A stretch of 64,000 nucleotides of DNA from Candidatus Kuenenbacteria bacterium (GCA_012797775.1 JAAZOM010000029.1:3722-67721); one strand, 5' to 3'. Positions 25,604 to 35,980 are shown, numbered from the stretch's first letter. Program-made: numbers and translations. Notes: a model not told the origin generated them from the sequence alone.

Positions 25604-28453
25604 ATGGCAAAAATGTTGAATCAAAAAATAAATTATTGGTTGGTTTTGGCGCTTGTTTTTTTGAGCGTTTTTTTGTTTATAAAAATAGCCGGGGCAGTAG
25701 CACCGGGGGAGGTGGTTATTAATGAAATAGCTTGGATGGGTACAGCTAGCTCTTCGGCTGACGAGTGGATCGAAATTTATAATAAAAGTGCTTCGGCGGT
25801 GGATTTGACTGGCTGGCAAATGAAGGCCAAAGACGGGACGCCAAGCATAGATTTGGCGGGGCAGATAGAGCCGGGTGGATATTTTTTATTAGAAAGGACC
25901 GATGATAATAGCGCGCCAGGAGTAGCGGCTGACCAGATATATAGTGGGGATTTGAGTAATAGTGGGGAAGAATTGCGACTCTTAGACAGTAACCAGGTCG
26001 TAATTGACGAAGTATTGGCTGGTAGTGGTTGGTCGGCCGGGGATAATACTACAAAGTTGACTATGGAGAGAAAGATAGATTTGAGCTGGGGGAACAGTTT
26101 GATGGCCGGTGGAACTCCCAAGGCACTAAACGGCAGTCCTGGGGATCAGCAAGATAAAGAAGAACCAACAACATATTCAACAGATTCGGTGATTAATGAG
26201 CTGATGCCCAATCCGAGTGAGAGTGACGACTATGAGTGGATAGAATTATATAATAATGGAGCCACAGTAGTGGATTTAGCCAATTGGCAGATAGCTGATA
26301 ATAGCAAGGTATTTATAATTAATGCGACTGGTACTTTTACAACGATTATAGAAGCACGGGGTTTTTTGGTGATCCCCAAGGTGGTTTCAGGAATTAGCCT
26401 GAATAATACTGGGGGCGAGGGCGTGACCCTGAAAAATCCTGATGGCGTGATGGTCAGCCAGACGAGCTATAGCGAGAGCGCTCTTGATGATTATGTTTGG
26501 GCGAGAGAGGAGGGAGGCGACTATAAATGGAGTACAACGGCAACCGAGGGGCAGAAAAATATTATTACTGCGCCAGTGGAAAATATAGGAGGGAGTAGCG
26601 GTGGCGGTGGTAGTGGTGGCACAAGTCAGACCGAGGAAAAGAAAAGTGCGGGCTCTAGTTTTAAGGATAAAATAATAATTACAGAAATAATGCCCAACCC
26701 TTTTGGTATTGATGGGGGCAAAAATGAGTGGATTGAAATTTATAATACCTCGACGGAACCGGTGATATTGGATGATTGGAAAATAAAAGATAATTTTAGT
26801 TTTTATATTTTTAAAAACAAAAGGGTGGAGCCAAAGAATTTTTTGGTTTTAGGAAGAGAGGAGACTGGGTTGGTTTTGAATAATGAGGGCGGAGAAGCAC
26901 TCGAGCTAATAGATAAAAATGGGGGTTTGGTGGCCAAGGCGAGCTATAAAGTAAAGGCGCCAGAAGGCTTGAGTTTCGGCTGGTGCGGTCGGAGCTTTGA
27001 ATGGCTGGACACTCCGACAGAAGGAGCAGAAAATAAATGCCCAGTAGAAAATGATAAGCCGGCGGCATACTTTGAAGTAAATAAATATCAGGTCGTTTTG
27101 GGTGAAATGATAATGATGGACGCAGAGGAAAGCTATGATACTGATGGGAAAATAATAAAATATATTTGGGAGTTTTCCGACGAAGTGATGGCGAGCCAAG
27201 AAAAGAATAAGATTTTTGAAACCAATGCGCCGATTATTGGAATCAGGTTTTTAAAAACAGGGATTAATAAAGTCACTTTGAAGGTGGTGGATGATTTGGG
27301 CGGAGAGGATATTTTTAAACAAGAGATAGAAGTACAGCCAGATAAAAACAAGCCAGATTATGAAAATATTTTTATTAATGAGCTTATGCCCAACCCCAAA
27401 GGGCTTGATAGCGGTAATGAATGGATAGAATTGTATAATAACGGCAGCGGGGAGGTGGACTTGATTGGGTGTAGTTTGGCGATGAATAAAGGTAAAACAT
27501 ACAAGATAACAAATTTAGTTTTACCGGCCAAGGGTTATGCTGTTTTGAGTGACAAGATAACAAAGATAGTCTTGTTGAACAGTGAAGGCGATTTAAAATT
27601 GATTGATCCAGAAGGAAAGACAATAAGGGAAATAAATTATAGTAAAGTATTAGAGGGTTGGAGCTACGCGCGGGATGAAGAAAAAGGTAATAGCTGGGAA
27701 TGGACCAACAAACCGACGCTGAAAGAAAAAAATATTATTGCTGGGCAAGTAGTGGGGAGTAAGGCGGTTCGCACTAGTAGCGCGGGTGATGGGCAGGCAA
27801 TAAGAATTGTAGGTAAGGTAATAGTTGAGCCGGGGCTTTTGGGAAAAAATATATTTTATATACAGGAAGAAGGCGGTAGAGGAGCGCAGATTTATTCTTA
27901 TTATAAAGATTTTCCAAATTTGGCAATGGGTGATAAGGTAGAGGTAGTGGGGGTAGTTGGTGATTATCAGGGAGAGAGGAGAATAAAGACAAAAAGCAGG
28001 AACGATATTAAAGTTTTGAGCAATGGAGAAATGGTGGCCCCGACAGAGGTGCAAGTTGAGGATGTGGGGGAGGATAATGAGGGAGCCATGGTAAAAATAA
28101 CAGGCCAATTAACAGAGATAAAAGGTGCTAGTTGGTGGTTGGACGATGGGACGGGTGAGTTGAAGGTTTATCTCAAGCAAAATGCCAATATTAATAAGGG
28201 GCAGATAGAAGTGGGGGATACCCTGGAAGTCAGTGGTGTTGTTTCTCAATATCAGGATGAATATCGTTTACTGCCTCGTTACCCGGAAGACATAAAGGTG
28301 GTTGGCAAGGTGTTGGGGGCAGAGACCGAGGGTGATAAAACAGAAAAAGAGAATAGTGATATTTTAAAATATTTATTAGCGGTGGCAGTGGCAGTGATAT
28401 TGGTTTTAATAACTTATATAAAAAAAAACAGTGGTAGTAAGAAAAATTTTTAA
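25604..28453 (+). CDS. Large surface protein with four lamin-tail-domain (LTD) repeats and a C-terminal OB-fold region, TM-anchored at both ends
   Basis: Four repeats of the pattern (V/I)INE(I/L)(M/A)..(D/N)EWIE(I/L)YN. C-terminal part resembles OB-fold nucleic-acid-binding domains. Signal/TM at N- and C-termini. Confidence 0.7.
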   Translation: MAKMLNQKINYWLVLALVFLSVFLFIKIAGAVAPGEVVINEIAWMGTASSSADEWIEIYNKSASAVDLTGWQMKAKDGTPSIDLAGQIEPGGYFLLERTDDNSAPGVAADQIYSGDLSNSGEELRLLDSNQVVIDEVLAGSGWSAGDNTTKLTMERKIDLSWGNSLMAGGTPKALNGSPGDQQDKEEPTTYSTDSVINELMPNPSESDDYEWIELYNNGATVVDLANWQIADNSKVFIINATGTFTTIIEARGFLVIPKVVSGISLNNTGGEGVTLKNPDGVMVSQTSYSESALDDYVWAREEGGDYKWSTTATEGQKNIITAPVENIGGSSGGGGSGGTSQTEEKKSAGSSFKDKIIITEIMPNPFGIDGGKNEWIEIYNTSTEPVILDDWKIKDNFSFYIFKNKRVEPKNFLVLGREETGLVLNNEGGEALELIDKNGGLVAKASYKVKAPEGLSFGWCGRSFEWLDTPTEGAENKCPVENDKPAAYFEVNKYQVVLGEMIMMDAEESYDTDGKIIKYIWEFSDEVMASQEKNKIFETNAPIIGIRFLKTGINKVTLKVVDDLGGEDIFKQEIEVQPDKNKPDYENIFINELMPNPKGLDSGNEWIELYNNGSGEVDLIGCSLAMNKGKTYKITNLVLPAKGYAVLSDKITKIVLLNSEGDLKLIDPEGKTIREINYSKVLEGWSYARDEEKGNSWEWTNKPTLKEKNIIAGQVVGSKAVRTSSAGDGQAIRIVGKVIVEPGLLGKNIFYIQEEGGRGAQIYSYYKDFPNLAMGDKVEVVGVVGDYQGERRIKTKSRNDIKVLSNGEMVAPTEVQVEDVGEDNEGAMVKITGQLTEIKGASWWLDDGTGELKVYLKQNANINKGQIEVGDTLEVSGVVSQYQDEYRLLPRYPEDIKVVGKVLGAETEGDKTEKENSDILKYLLAVAVAVILVLITYIKKNSGSKKNF

Positions 28454-28470
28454 TAACTCATTTATATATT

Positions 28471-29403
28471 ATGATTAAAAAAAATAGGTTAATTTGGTCA
28501 GAAGTTAGAGAAGATAAAATTCATGATCGATTTGTGATTATCGCGCCAGGGAGAAGCAAGCGGCCACATAGCGGGAAGAAGCAAAAAGATACTTGCGTAT
28601 TTTGTTCTAAAGAAGTTCAATTTAAAGTGCTGGCGCTTTATCAGGTGGGTAAGGGTAAGGATTGGTTGGTAAAAGTGATAAAAAATATTTATCCGGTGGT
28701 TGATGTGGGCAATCCCAAGGCCTATGGTTATCACGAAGTGGTAATAGAAACTAGGGAGCACAAAAAAGAAATGGGCGATTTGCCGATAGACCACTTGATT
28801 GCGATTATGGAGGCCTATATTGCCAGGACAAAAGAATTGGCCAAAGACAAAAAGATAAAATATATTTTGATTTTCAAAAATCAGGGCGGTAGCGCTGGGG
28901 CGTCTTTGGCGCATGCACATTCACAAATTTTTGCTTCCAGTTTTGTACCGCCGCATATTATTGATAAACTGACCAAGGCACAGGAATATAGGATTGAGCA
29001 TGGGAATTGTTATTATTGTGATTTATTAAAAAAAGAAGAAAAGGGCCCAAGATTTATTATGAGTGATGAGTATGCCCTGGCTTTTACACCTTATGCCTCT
29101 ATTTATGCTTATGAAGCGTGGATTATGCCCAAAAAACACGTAGATAATATTACTGTTTTGGATAGAGATGAGATAGCTTCAATGGCTGTGATGATTAAGC
29201 AACTAACAGAAAAATTGAATAAAGAGGGGATTCCTTATAATATGTTTTTGCACCAATCGATCACAGACAAAGATGAACATTTTTATATTCGTATTTGCCC
29301 TAGGCGCGATATCTGGGCCGGACTAGAGACAGGGTCGAGGCTGATTGTCAATCCAGTCAGTCCAGAAGAAGCGGCCAAGTTTTATAGAAAAAGGCATAAA
29401 TAA
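28471..29403 (+). CDS. GalT-family nucleotidyltransferase (HIT-like, galactose-1-phosphate uridylyltransferase family)
   Basis: CVFCS zinc-knuckle-like motif and HAHSQ (HxHxQ) active-site motif. Confidence 0.55.
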   Translation: MIKKNRLIWSEVREDKIHDRFVIIAPGRSKRPHSGKKQKDTCVFCSKEVQFKVLALYQVGKGKDWLVKVIKNIYPVVDVGNPKAYGYHEVVIETREHKKEMGDLPIDHLIAIMEAYIARTKELAKDKKIKYILIFKNQGGSAGASLAHAHSQIFASSFVPPHIIDKLTKAQEYRIEHGNCYYCDLLKKEEKGPRFIMSDEYALAFTPYASIYAYEAWIMPKKHVDNITVLDRDEIASMAVMIKQLTEKLNKEGIPYNMFLHQSITDKDEHFYIRICPRRDIWAGLETGSRLIVNPVSPEEAAKFYRKRHK

Positions 29404-29410
29404 AGTCAAT

Positions 29411-29980
29411 ATGAAGCAAAAATGGTTGAGGTTAATAAGAACAACAATATTATTTTGTTTGGCGGTGGTGATACTCGTGCCGGTTTTGGCCAAAGAAATT
29501 GACGAAAAGAAATATAAGACCGAAGATTACACTGAAATAATAAATGTTTTGCCGTTGAGTGAAGATTTTTCTTGGACGGAAAATTTACCAGAAAACGAGG
29601 AGAGGGAAAAGGTAAAAAGAATTGAGATAGATTTGTCAGAACAGAAAATGCGTTTATTGGAAAATGATAAAATAATAAGAGAGATGTCGGTTTCTAGTGG
29701 CAAGCCAGGGATGGAGACGCCAGTGGGGCAATTTCAGATACATAATAAAAATCCAAGGTCGTGGTCTAGTTATGGCTTGTGGATGCCCTATTGGATGTTA
29801 ATAGAGCCGAGGCGTGGAATTGGTATTCATGAGTTGCCGGAATGGCCAAATGGTTATAAAGAAGGAGAGAATCATCTTGGCACACCAGTATCGCATGGAT
29901 GTATTCGTCTAGGGGTGGGAGATGCAAAGTTTGTGTATGACTGGGCGGAGATAGGGACGCCGGTGGAGATAATTTATTAA
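29411..29980 (+). CDS. L,D-transpeptidase (YkuD domain)
   Basis: HGCIRL catalytic motif and an N-terminal TM. Start chosen at internal Met (MKQKWLRLI). Confidence 0.8.
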   Translation: MKQKWLRLIRTTILFCLAVVILVPVLAKEIDEKKYKTEDYTEIINVLPLSEDFSWTENLPENEEREKVKRIEIDLSEQKMRLLENDKIIREMSVSSGKPGMETPVGQFQIHNKNPRSWSSYGLWMPYWMLIEPRRGIGIHELPEWPNGYKEGENHLGTPVSHGCIRLGVGDAKFVYDWAEIGTPVEIIY

Positions 29981-30011
29981 TTTTCAATTTACAATTTTCA
30001 ATAAATTTTCA

Positions 30012-30668
30012 ATGACACAATTTTTAAACATAAAAAATAAGAAAGTGGTGGGAGTTGCTGTTGAGGTGTTAAATTCTGGTGGTGTTTTGGTATTTCCGAC
30101 AGAGACGGCTTATGGGCTGGCGGCGGACGCTGGGAGCAAAAAGGCGATTGAAAAGATTTATAAAATTAAAGGCAGGATGGCTAGTAAGTTTTTGCCATTA
30201 ATTGTAGGAAGCTTGAAGCAGATGCAGGAATTTTTTGAATTGGGCGAAAAAGAATTAGAGTTGGCAAAGAAGCATAAGGGGTTGACAATTATATTGAAAA
30301 TCAAAAATCCCCGGCCTCGACAAGCGAAGCGGGGCGGGCAAAAATCAAAAATAAGGAAGATTTATTTATTAAAAGGGCAGAATGATTGTGCGGTGAGAAT
30401 TTCTAAATATAAATTGGCGAGAGAGCTGGCCCTAAAATTGGGTCGGCCAATCACAGCCACCAGCGCCAATGTAAGTGGTGGAGAGAATTGTTATGGCTTA
30501 GAAGAAGTCACCGGCCAATTAAAAAATATAAAAACTCAGCCAGACTTGATTATTGATGGGGGTAGATTAAAAAAAAGAAAACCCTCAACTATTGTGAGGG
30601 TTGAGGGCGGAAAGGTGGAAGTGGTGAGACGGGGGGAGATAAAAATAAACTCAAAAGTTAAAACTTAA
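30012..30668 (+). CDS. tsaC: L-threonylcarbamoyladenylate synthase TsaC/YrdC (Sua5/YciO/YrdC family)
   Basis: VFPTETAYGLAADA motif. Contains an in-frame repeat-element insertion (30296-30355). Confidence 0.8.
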   Translation: MTQFLNIKNKKVVGVAVEVLNSGGVLVFPTETAYGLAADAGSKKAIEKIYKIKGRMASKFLPLIVGSLKQMQEFFELGEKELELAKKHKGLTIILKIKNPRPRQAKRGGQKSKIRKIYLLKGQNDCAVRISKYKLARELALKLGRPITATSANVSGGENCYGLEEVTGQLKNIKTQPDLIIDGGRLKKRKPSTIVRVEGGKVEVVRRGEIKINSKVKT

Positions 30669-30687
30669 AAGTCAAAACCAAGGAAGA

Positions 30688-31743
30688 TTATTTATTAAAA
30701 TGGAAATAGACTGTGTCGCCGTCTTGCATGATATAGTCTTTGCCTTCGAGATGCATGAGTCCTTTTTCTTTGACTTTGGCTTCGGAGCCACAGGTGAGGA
30801 GATCTTGCCAATTGATGATTTCGGCGCGGATGAAGCCAGCTTCAAAATCGGTGTGAATCTCACCGGCAGCTTGGGGCGCCTTAGTCCCTTTTTTAATGGG
30901 CCAAGCATGGGCTTCTTTGGGGCCGGCGGTAAAGAAGGTGATCAGATCTAAGAGTTTATAACTGGCAGTGATTAGTTGCTCCAGGCCAGTTTGGGGCAAG
31001 CCAAGTTCGGCTAAATATTTTTTGGCCTCAGCGTCATCTAATTCAGCCAGCTCGGATTCTAGTTTGGCGCAGATGGGGATGGAATTTGGGATAGAGGGAG
31101 TAAAATTTTTGAGATGGTCTTCATCAATATTTTCAATATATAATTCGGGTTTGAGAGTGAGAAGACTGAAATTTTTTATTAGCTTTAAATCGTCAGAAGA
31201 AAATTCCGAGATATCTGGTTTCTGGCCTTGGTCCAGAAAAGTTTTTATATGAGTTAGTATTTGTTCCGTTTTGATAGCCTCTTTGTCGCCGGCCTTGGTT
31301 TTTTCTTTGAGGCGATGGAGGGCATTTTCAACAGCAGTTAGATCAGCCATAGCCAGTTCTGTAGCAATGGTGGATAGATCTTCAGCTGGATCGACACGGC
31401 CTTCGACATGAATGATATTGCTATCTTCAAAATTTCTAATAACATGAGCAATAGCATCGACCTCTCTAATATGAGAGAGAAATTTATTGCCGAGTCCTTG
31501 GCCTTGGTGGGCGTCTTTGACTAGGCCGGCAATATCCACAAACTCAATTGTGGCTGGGACGAATTTTTCCGAATTGAATAGTTCATTTAGGGCATCAAGT
31601 CTTTTGTCAGGAACAGCAACCACACCAACGTTGGGATCGATGGTACAAAAAGGGTAATTGGCGGCGTCAACTTGTTTTTTGGTCAAGGCTTTAAAAAGAG
31701 TTGATTTGCCAACATTGGGGAGACCCACTATGCCTATTTGCAT
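30688..31743 (-). CDS. ychF: Ribosome-binding ATPase YchF
   Basis: GIVGLPNVGKSTLF P-loop, an Obg-like G domain and a C-terminal TGS-like tail. Confidence 0.9.
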   Translation of the reverse strand: MQIGIVGLPNVGKSTLFKALTKKQVDAANYPFCTIDPNVGVVAVPDKRLDALNELFNSEKFVPATIEFVDIAGLVKDAHQGQGLGNKFLSHIREVDAIAHVIRNFEDSNIIHVEGRVDPAEDLSTIATELAMADLTAVENALHRLKEKTKAGDKEAIKTEQILTHIKTFLDQGQKPDISEFSSDDLKLIKNFSLLTLKPELYIENIDEDHLKNFTPSIPNSIPICAKLESELAELDDAEAKKYLAELGLPQTGLEQLITASYKLLDLITFFTAGPKEAHAWPIKKGTKAPQAAGEIHTDFEAGFIRAEIINWQDLLTCGSEAKVKEKGLMHLEGKDYIMQDGDTVYFHFNK

Positions 31744-31872
31744 AAATCTACAAATTTACGAATTAGTTACAAATTTACAAATAATAAAATGGTGTATTGA
31801 TTGATTTCAGATTATCATCTATACTATAGTAAATCAAGTTAATTAAGTAAAATTTAAGAAATTTATAGGGTT

Positions 31873-32328
31873 ATGAAAATTGTAGTAGATACCAATATTT
31901 TGATGGATGCTTGGAGTGATAATTTTAGCTATGCTCGGAAAATTGTTGATGCGGTGATCCGGGGAGATATTGCGGCCGTGGCTTCACATAAAATTTGGAG
32001 GGAATACCAGTTGATTTTGGACAGGCTGGTGAATGATGAAGAACACTATAATTTGGCCAATAGTTTTTTTGCTGCAGTGGAGATGGTCGAGGTACGAAGG
32101 CGAGTAAACGTGGTTAAGTATGATCGGGATGATAATAAGTTTTTTGCCTGTGCAGAAGAAGCAGGAGCAGAATATATTGTGTCCAATGATATGCACTTAA
32201 TTGAAGTGGGAGAATATAAAGGAATTCGAGCGATGAAGCCAAAAGATTTTTGGTTGGGATATGAGGCAGGGGGTAAAGATGACGGTGCGGATTGGAAGAA
32301 TTGGATGAAGGGGATATTGGGAAAGTAG
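31873..32328 (+). CDS. PIN-domain protein (VapC-like nuclease fold), apparently orphan
   Basis: KIVVDTNIL start plus acidic residues spaced as in PIN domains (D..E..SND). No adjacent antitoxin-like ORF. Confidence 0.5.
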   Translation: MKIVVDTNILMDAWSDNFSYARKIVDAVIRGDIAAVASHKIWREYQLILDRLVNDEEHYNLANSFFAAVEMVEVRRRVNVVKYDRDDNKFFACAEEAGAEYIVSNDMHLIEVGEYKGIRAMKPKDFWLGYEAGGKDDGADWKNWMKGILGK

Positions 32329-32415
32329 GGAAGTAGGGTAAAATTAAAAAATCAAAATGTAAAATCATGGTAATTAAAATAACTCCGCCGAGGCGGAGTT
32401 ATTTTAATTGTTTTT

Positions 32416-34185
32416 TTATTTCAATTCGCCAATGGCTTGGAGACGGAGAAGATCAGTGTAGATACCATTTTTGTTTTTTAATAATTCTTCATGGGAGCCA
32501 GCCTCGGCGATGCGGCCATCTTTGACTACAAATATTTTGTCGGCATTGATAACAGTGGAAAGGCGGTGGGCAATAATAACCATGGTTTGTTTTCTGGATA
32601 TTTTTTCAATTGATTTTTGGATTAATTTTTCTGAATGAGTATCTAAATTACTAGTAGCCTCATCAAAGATAAGAATTTTGGGATTGGAGAGAATTGCCCT
32701 AGCAATGCCAACCCTTTGTTTTTGTCCGCCAGAGAGTTTTATGCCTCTTTCTCCCACCAGCGTGTCATAACCATTTTCGAGAGAATTAATAAAATCGATG
32801 TTGGCAATTTTGGCAGCCTCTTCTATTTCTGTCTGAGTGGCCTCTGGTCGGCCATAGGCAATATTTTCTCGAAGAGAGGTATTAAATATTTCCACATCTT
32901 GAGGTACGATAGCCAACTGTGAACGGTAATTATAGATATCGTAGTCTTTGATGTTTTGTCCGTCGATTAATATTTTTCCGGTAGTGACATCATAGTGGCG
33001 ATAAACCAGCTTGACAATGGTGGACTTTCCTCCGCCAGAGGGCCCGACCAAGGCCACTGTTTCACCGGGACTGATTTTTAGATTTATATTTTCTAAAGCT
33101 CTAAAGCGACTTTCTTTATGATAGGCGAAAGAGACGTTATCAAAAATTATTTCTCCTTTTATGGTTATATTTTGGGCGTTTTGTTTGTTTGTTAAAGAAG
33201 ATTTTTCTGATAAGAGGCTGGTGATGCGTTCGACGCCAGTAGAATTTTCAATCAGGCGGTCGTAGGTGCGGGAGAGGCGGAAAAGTGCGTGGTAGGCGGT
33301 TTCGGAAAGAGTGATAAAGAAAACTAGACTGCCGACGGTAATGGTTTTTTGCCAGGCAAAATAAGCACTCAAAAGTATAACACTCACGCGGCCCAAATCA
33401 ACAACGATGCTACGCAAAAGGTTGTAATTTAAAACGACTGGCCACTCGGTGTTTTCCATGATAGCTATTTTGTTTCGGATATCTTGGTATTTTTTGGTTT
33501 CGTTTTTTTCCTGGACAAATGACTGGACAGTATAGATATTGATTATTGATTGGCCGAGAATGCCGGCAGCGTTTTCATATTCTTCGTGTCGGCGGGTGCG
33601 TAGAGGGTTGGTGATTTTATTCATTTTAAGGGTGATAACAATAAAAATCGGCACGAAGGCGATAAAGACCAAAGAGACCTGCCAGCTAAAATAAAGCATG
33701 GAGAAAAAAGTAAAAAGTATTTGGGTGATAGTGGGGAAAAATTCCCAGGAGGCATTGGCCAGGAGTTCAGTTAGGCGGTCAATCCCGCGTTGAACTTTCA
33801 TGATTTTGTTGCCGGTGTTTTCACGTTCGTGATAGCCGAGTGAAAGGGAAACTAATTTTTTTTGGAGATCGATCGGCAAGCTGTATTCAATAAGGATGAG
33901 GAAATCAAAGATTTTTTTGTCCTTAAAATAATGAATTAGGGTGACAAAAACGTCGGTGGCGAGCATCAAACAAACAAAGGAAATAAGTTTTAAAAATTCA
34001 ATATCTTTTTGGCCGGTCAGAAGGTCAATGATCAGCTTCATGAAATAGGGATTAATGAGTTTGAGTAATTCAAAAATACTGATCATGGTGAAGAGCCAGA
34101 TCATTTTTTTCTGGAATGGCTGAAGGATAGACCAAAGTTTTTGCCAAAATTCTTTGGTGATGACGTTTTTATTTTTAATATCCAT
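32416..34185 (-). CDS. ABC transporter permease/ATPase fusion (MsbA-like exporter)
   Basis: Six-TM N-terminal region. Walker A GPSGGGKST, signature LSGGQKQR and Walker B ILIFDEATS. Confidence 0.9.
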   Translation of the reverse strand: MDIKNKNVITKEFWQKLWSILQPFQKKMIWLFTMISIFELLKLINPYFMKLIIDLLTGQKDIEFLKLISFVCLMLATDVFVTLIHYFKDKKIFDFLILIEYSLPIDLQKKLVSLSLGYHERENTGNKIMKVQRGIDRLTELLANASWEFFPTITQILFTFFSMLYFSWQVSLVFIAFVPIFIVITLKMNKITNPLRTRRHEEYENAAGILGQSIINIYTVQSFVQEKNETKKYQDIRNKIAIMENTEWPVVLNYNLLRSIVVDLGRVSVILLSAYFAWQKTITVGSLVFFITLSETAYHALFRLSRTYDRLIENSTGVERITSLLSEKSSLTNKQNAQNITIKGEIIFDNVSFAYHKESRFRALENINLKISPGETVALVGPSGGGKSTIVKLVYRHYDVTTGKILIDGQNIKDYDIYNYRSQLAIVPQDVEIFNTSLRENIAYGRPEATQTEIEEAAKIANIDFINSLENGYDTLVGERGIKLSGGQKQRVGIARAILSNPKILIFDEATSNLDTHSEKLIQKSIEKISRKQTMVIIAHRLSTVINADKIFVVKDGRIAEAGSHEELLKNKNGIYTDLLRLQAIGELK

Positions 34186-34186
34186 A

Positions 34187-35017
34187 TTATTTGGAAAATT
34201 TTAGAGTGTTTTTGAGTAAGATGGCGACCGTGATGGGGCCGACGCCGCCGGGCACAGGAGTAATGGCAGAACAGATATTTTTTACATTGAAATCAACATC
34301 ACCGACGGTTTTGTTTTGCAGTTTATTGATGCCAATATCAATGACGATGGCGCCGGGTTTGATATATTTTTTGGTGATAAATCGTGGTTGGCCGATGGCG
34401 ACAATTAATAAATCTGCTTTTCGGGTTTTAGCGGCTAGGTTTTTGGTAGTGTGATCATAGGCAGCAACCTGGCGGCATTTATTTTTTAGATGATAGTAAA
34501 TAGGTAGGCCAGCGATTTGGCTTTTGCCAATGACGGCGGTTGATTTGTTTTTTAAATTTATTTTGAGTGAATCTAAAATAGCGGCAACAGCGCCGGCAGT
34601 GGCGGGCAGGACAGACGTTTTTTGGCCAGCGGCTAATGTTTTTAGATTTTTAGGATGAATACCGTCGGCGTCTTTGGTCGGGTTAATGGCAGAAATAATT
34701 TTGTCAGTATCAAGTTTTTTGGGCAGTGGCAGTTGGACTAAAATAGCGGAAATAGAAGCGTCTTGGTTGAGTTTTTGGATTAGTTCTAAAATTTTTGGTT
34801 GGCTGGTTGAGGCAGGGAAGAGATATTTTTTAAATTTTATACCAACATCTCTAGCACGTTTTTCTTTGAGAGAGACATAGAGATGGGAGGCAGGATTTTT
34901 GCCGATCAAAATTACGGCCAAACAAGGCTTCTGTTTTTGAGGGAGCTTGGAAATTTGTTTTTTGAGCCGTGATAAAAGAGTAGCGGCTATTTTTTGGCCA
35001 TTAATGATTTTCGTCAT
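34187..35017 (-). CDS. folD: Bifunctional methylenetetrahydrofolate dehydrogenase/cyclohydrolase
   Basis: MTKIINGQKIA start, YVSLKEKRARDVGI and PVPGGVGPITVAILL motifs. The ORF track extends further 5' to 35113. Confidence 0.9.
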   Translation of the reverse strand: MTKIINGQKIAATLLSRLKKQISKLPQKQKPCLAVILIGKNPASHLYVSLKEKRARDVGIKFKKYLFPASTSQPKILELIQKLNQDASISAILVQLPLPKKLDTDKIISAINPTKDADGIHPKNLKTLAAGQKTSVLPATAGAVAAILDSLKINLKNKSTAVIGKSQIAGLPIYYHLKNKCRQVAAYDHTTKNLAAKTRKADLLIVAIGQPRFITKKYIKPGAIVIDIGINKLQNKTVGDVDFNVKNICSAITPVPGGVGPITVAILLKNTLKFSK

Positions 35018-35230
35018 AGGATTGATTATAGCCAATTTTTGCGAAAAAATCAAGGAAAGAAGCAGTAAGCGAGGTAGGCGAGATAAGTGAGTTAAGTAAA
35101 TCAAGAAAGACAATAGTTATAGGGGGCTTGACTTTTTTGAGGGGGGGGGTAGAATGAGGGGAAAATAAAAGTACCAAACAAACCATATTTACAAAATTAG
35201 TTGTTGGTCTTTAAAAGTAGGAGGTGAGCT

Positions 35231-35797
35231 ATGTTTTTTCTGTGGCTAGCTGTAGCGTTCGTCGTGTCTGGGCTTCTCTCTTTTTGGCGTTTTAAACTAT
35301 TAGAAAAAAGAGAATACTATGATCGTAATTATGAAGAGCCCACATGGGAGACGTCAGGGATTATATTTTTTGTTGTTGCGGCTTTTTTGGTTGTATTGGG
35401 TTTGTTTATCAGCCTTATTTCCAATTCCAACCAAAGAGGCGATTTTGAGGATTTGCATATGCTTAAAGAGACCCAGGTAATATATCAGGAAAAAGCCGAG
35501 GCTCTAACCCAGCAGTTCGCCAAGTATTTGGCAGAACAATATCCAGATCAAGAGCGCTTCATTTTTGACAAAATCGATCCGGATAAGGTGGCTTTGTATC
35601 TGGTCAAATATCCGGAGATTAAATCGTCCGAGACCCTGATGGCATTAGTGGTGGAGATAGGCAAGTTGCAGGCTCAGGTTTACGATCAAAGGATTAAGCG
35701 CGCTCAAATTAAAAGAGACATCAGGTTTCGGCTGGTGAATCCTTGGCGGTTGAATTTTTTAATTAGTGAACCGCCCGCTGAACTGATGGGCGATTAA
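35231..35797 (+). CDS. Hypothetical membrane protein
   Basis: Two TM helices. No recognisable motifs. Confidence 0.5.
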   Translation: MFFLWLAVAFVVSGLLSFWRFKLLEKREYYDRNYEEPTWETSGIIFFVVAAFLVVLGLFISLISNSNQRGDFEDLHMLKETQVIYQEKAEALTQQFAKYLAEQYPDQERFIFDKIDPDKVALYLVKYPEIKSSETLMALVVEIGKLQAQVYDQRIKRAQIKRDIRFRLVNPWRLNFLISEPPAELMGD

Positions 35798-35811
35798 ATA
35801 AAGTGTTGGCG

Positions 35812-35850
35812 TGTGGACGGAGATCAGAAGTTTGGTCTCCGTTTTTTTTA
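35812..35850 (+). terminator. Rho-independent terminator
   Basis: CGGAGATCAGAAGTTTGGTCTCCG hairpin followed by TTTTTTTTATTTTTT. Confidence 0.7.
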
Positions 35851-35980
35851 TTTTTTAAAACAGGCGTCAGACCATAGGTTGAGTTCCGCATAATTAAAAG
35901 ACGGCATTAGAATGTCGTCTTTATAAGTTAGTTGGGATTAATCATCGGGCTCCAAGTTAAACTTGGAGCCAACGTGCAGA

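Noticed and set aside
35017-35113. N-terminal 32-aa extension of folD in the ORF track
   Set aside because: The extension (MSFLIYLTHLSRLPRLLLL..) is not FolD-like. The internal Met (MTKIINGQKIA) aligns with canonical FolD starts.
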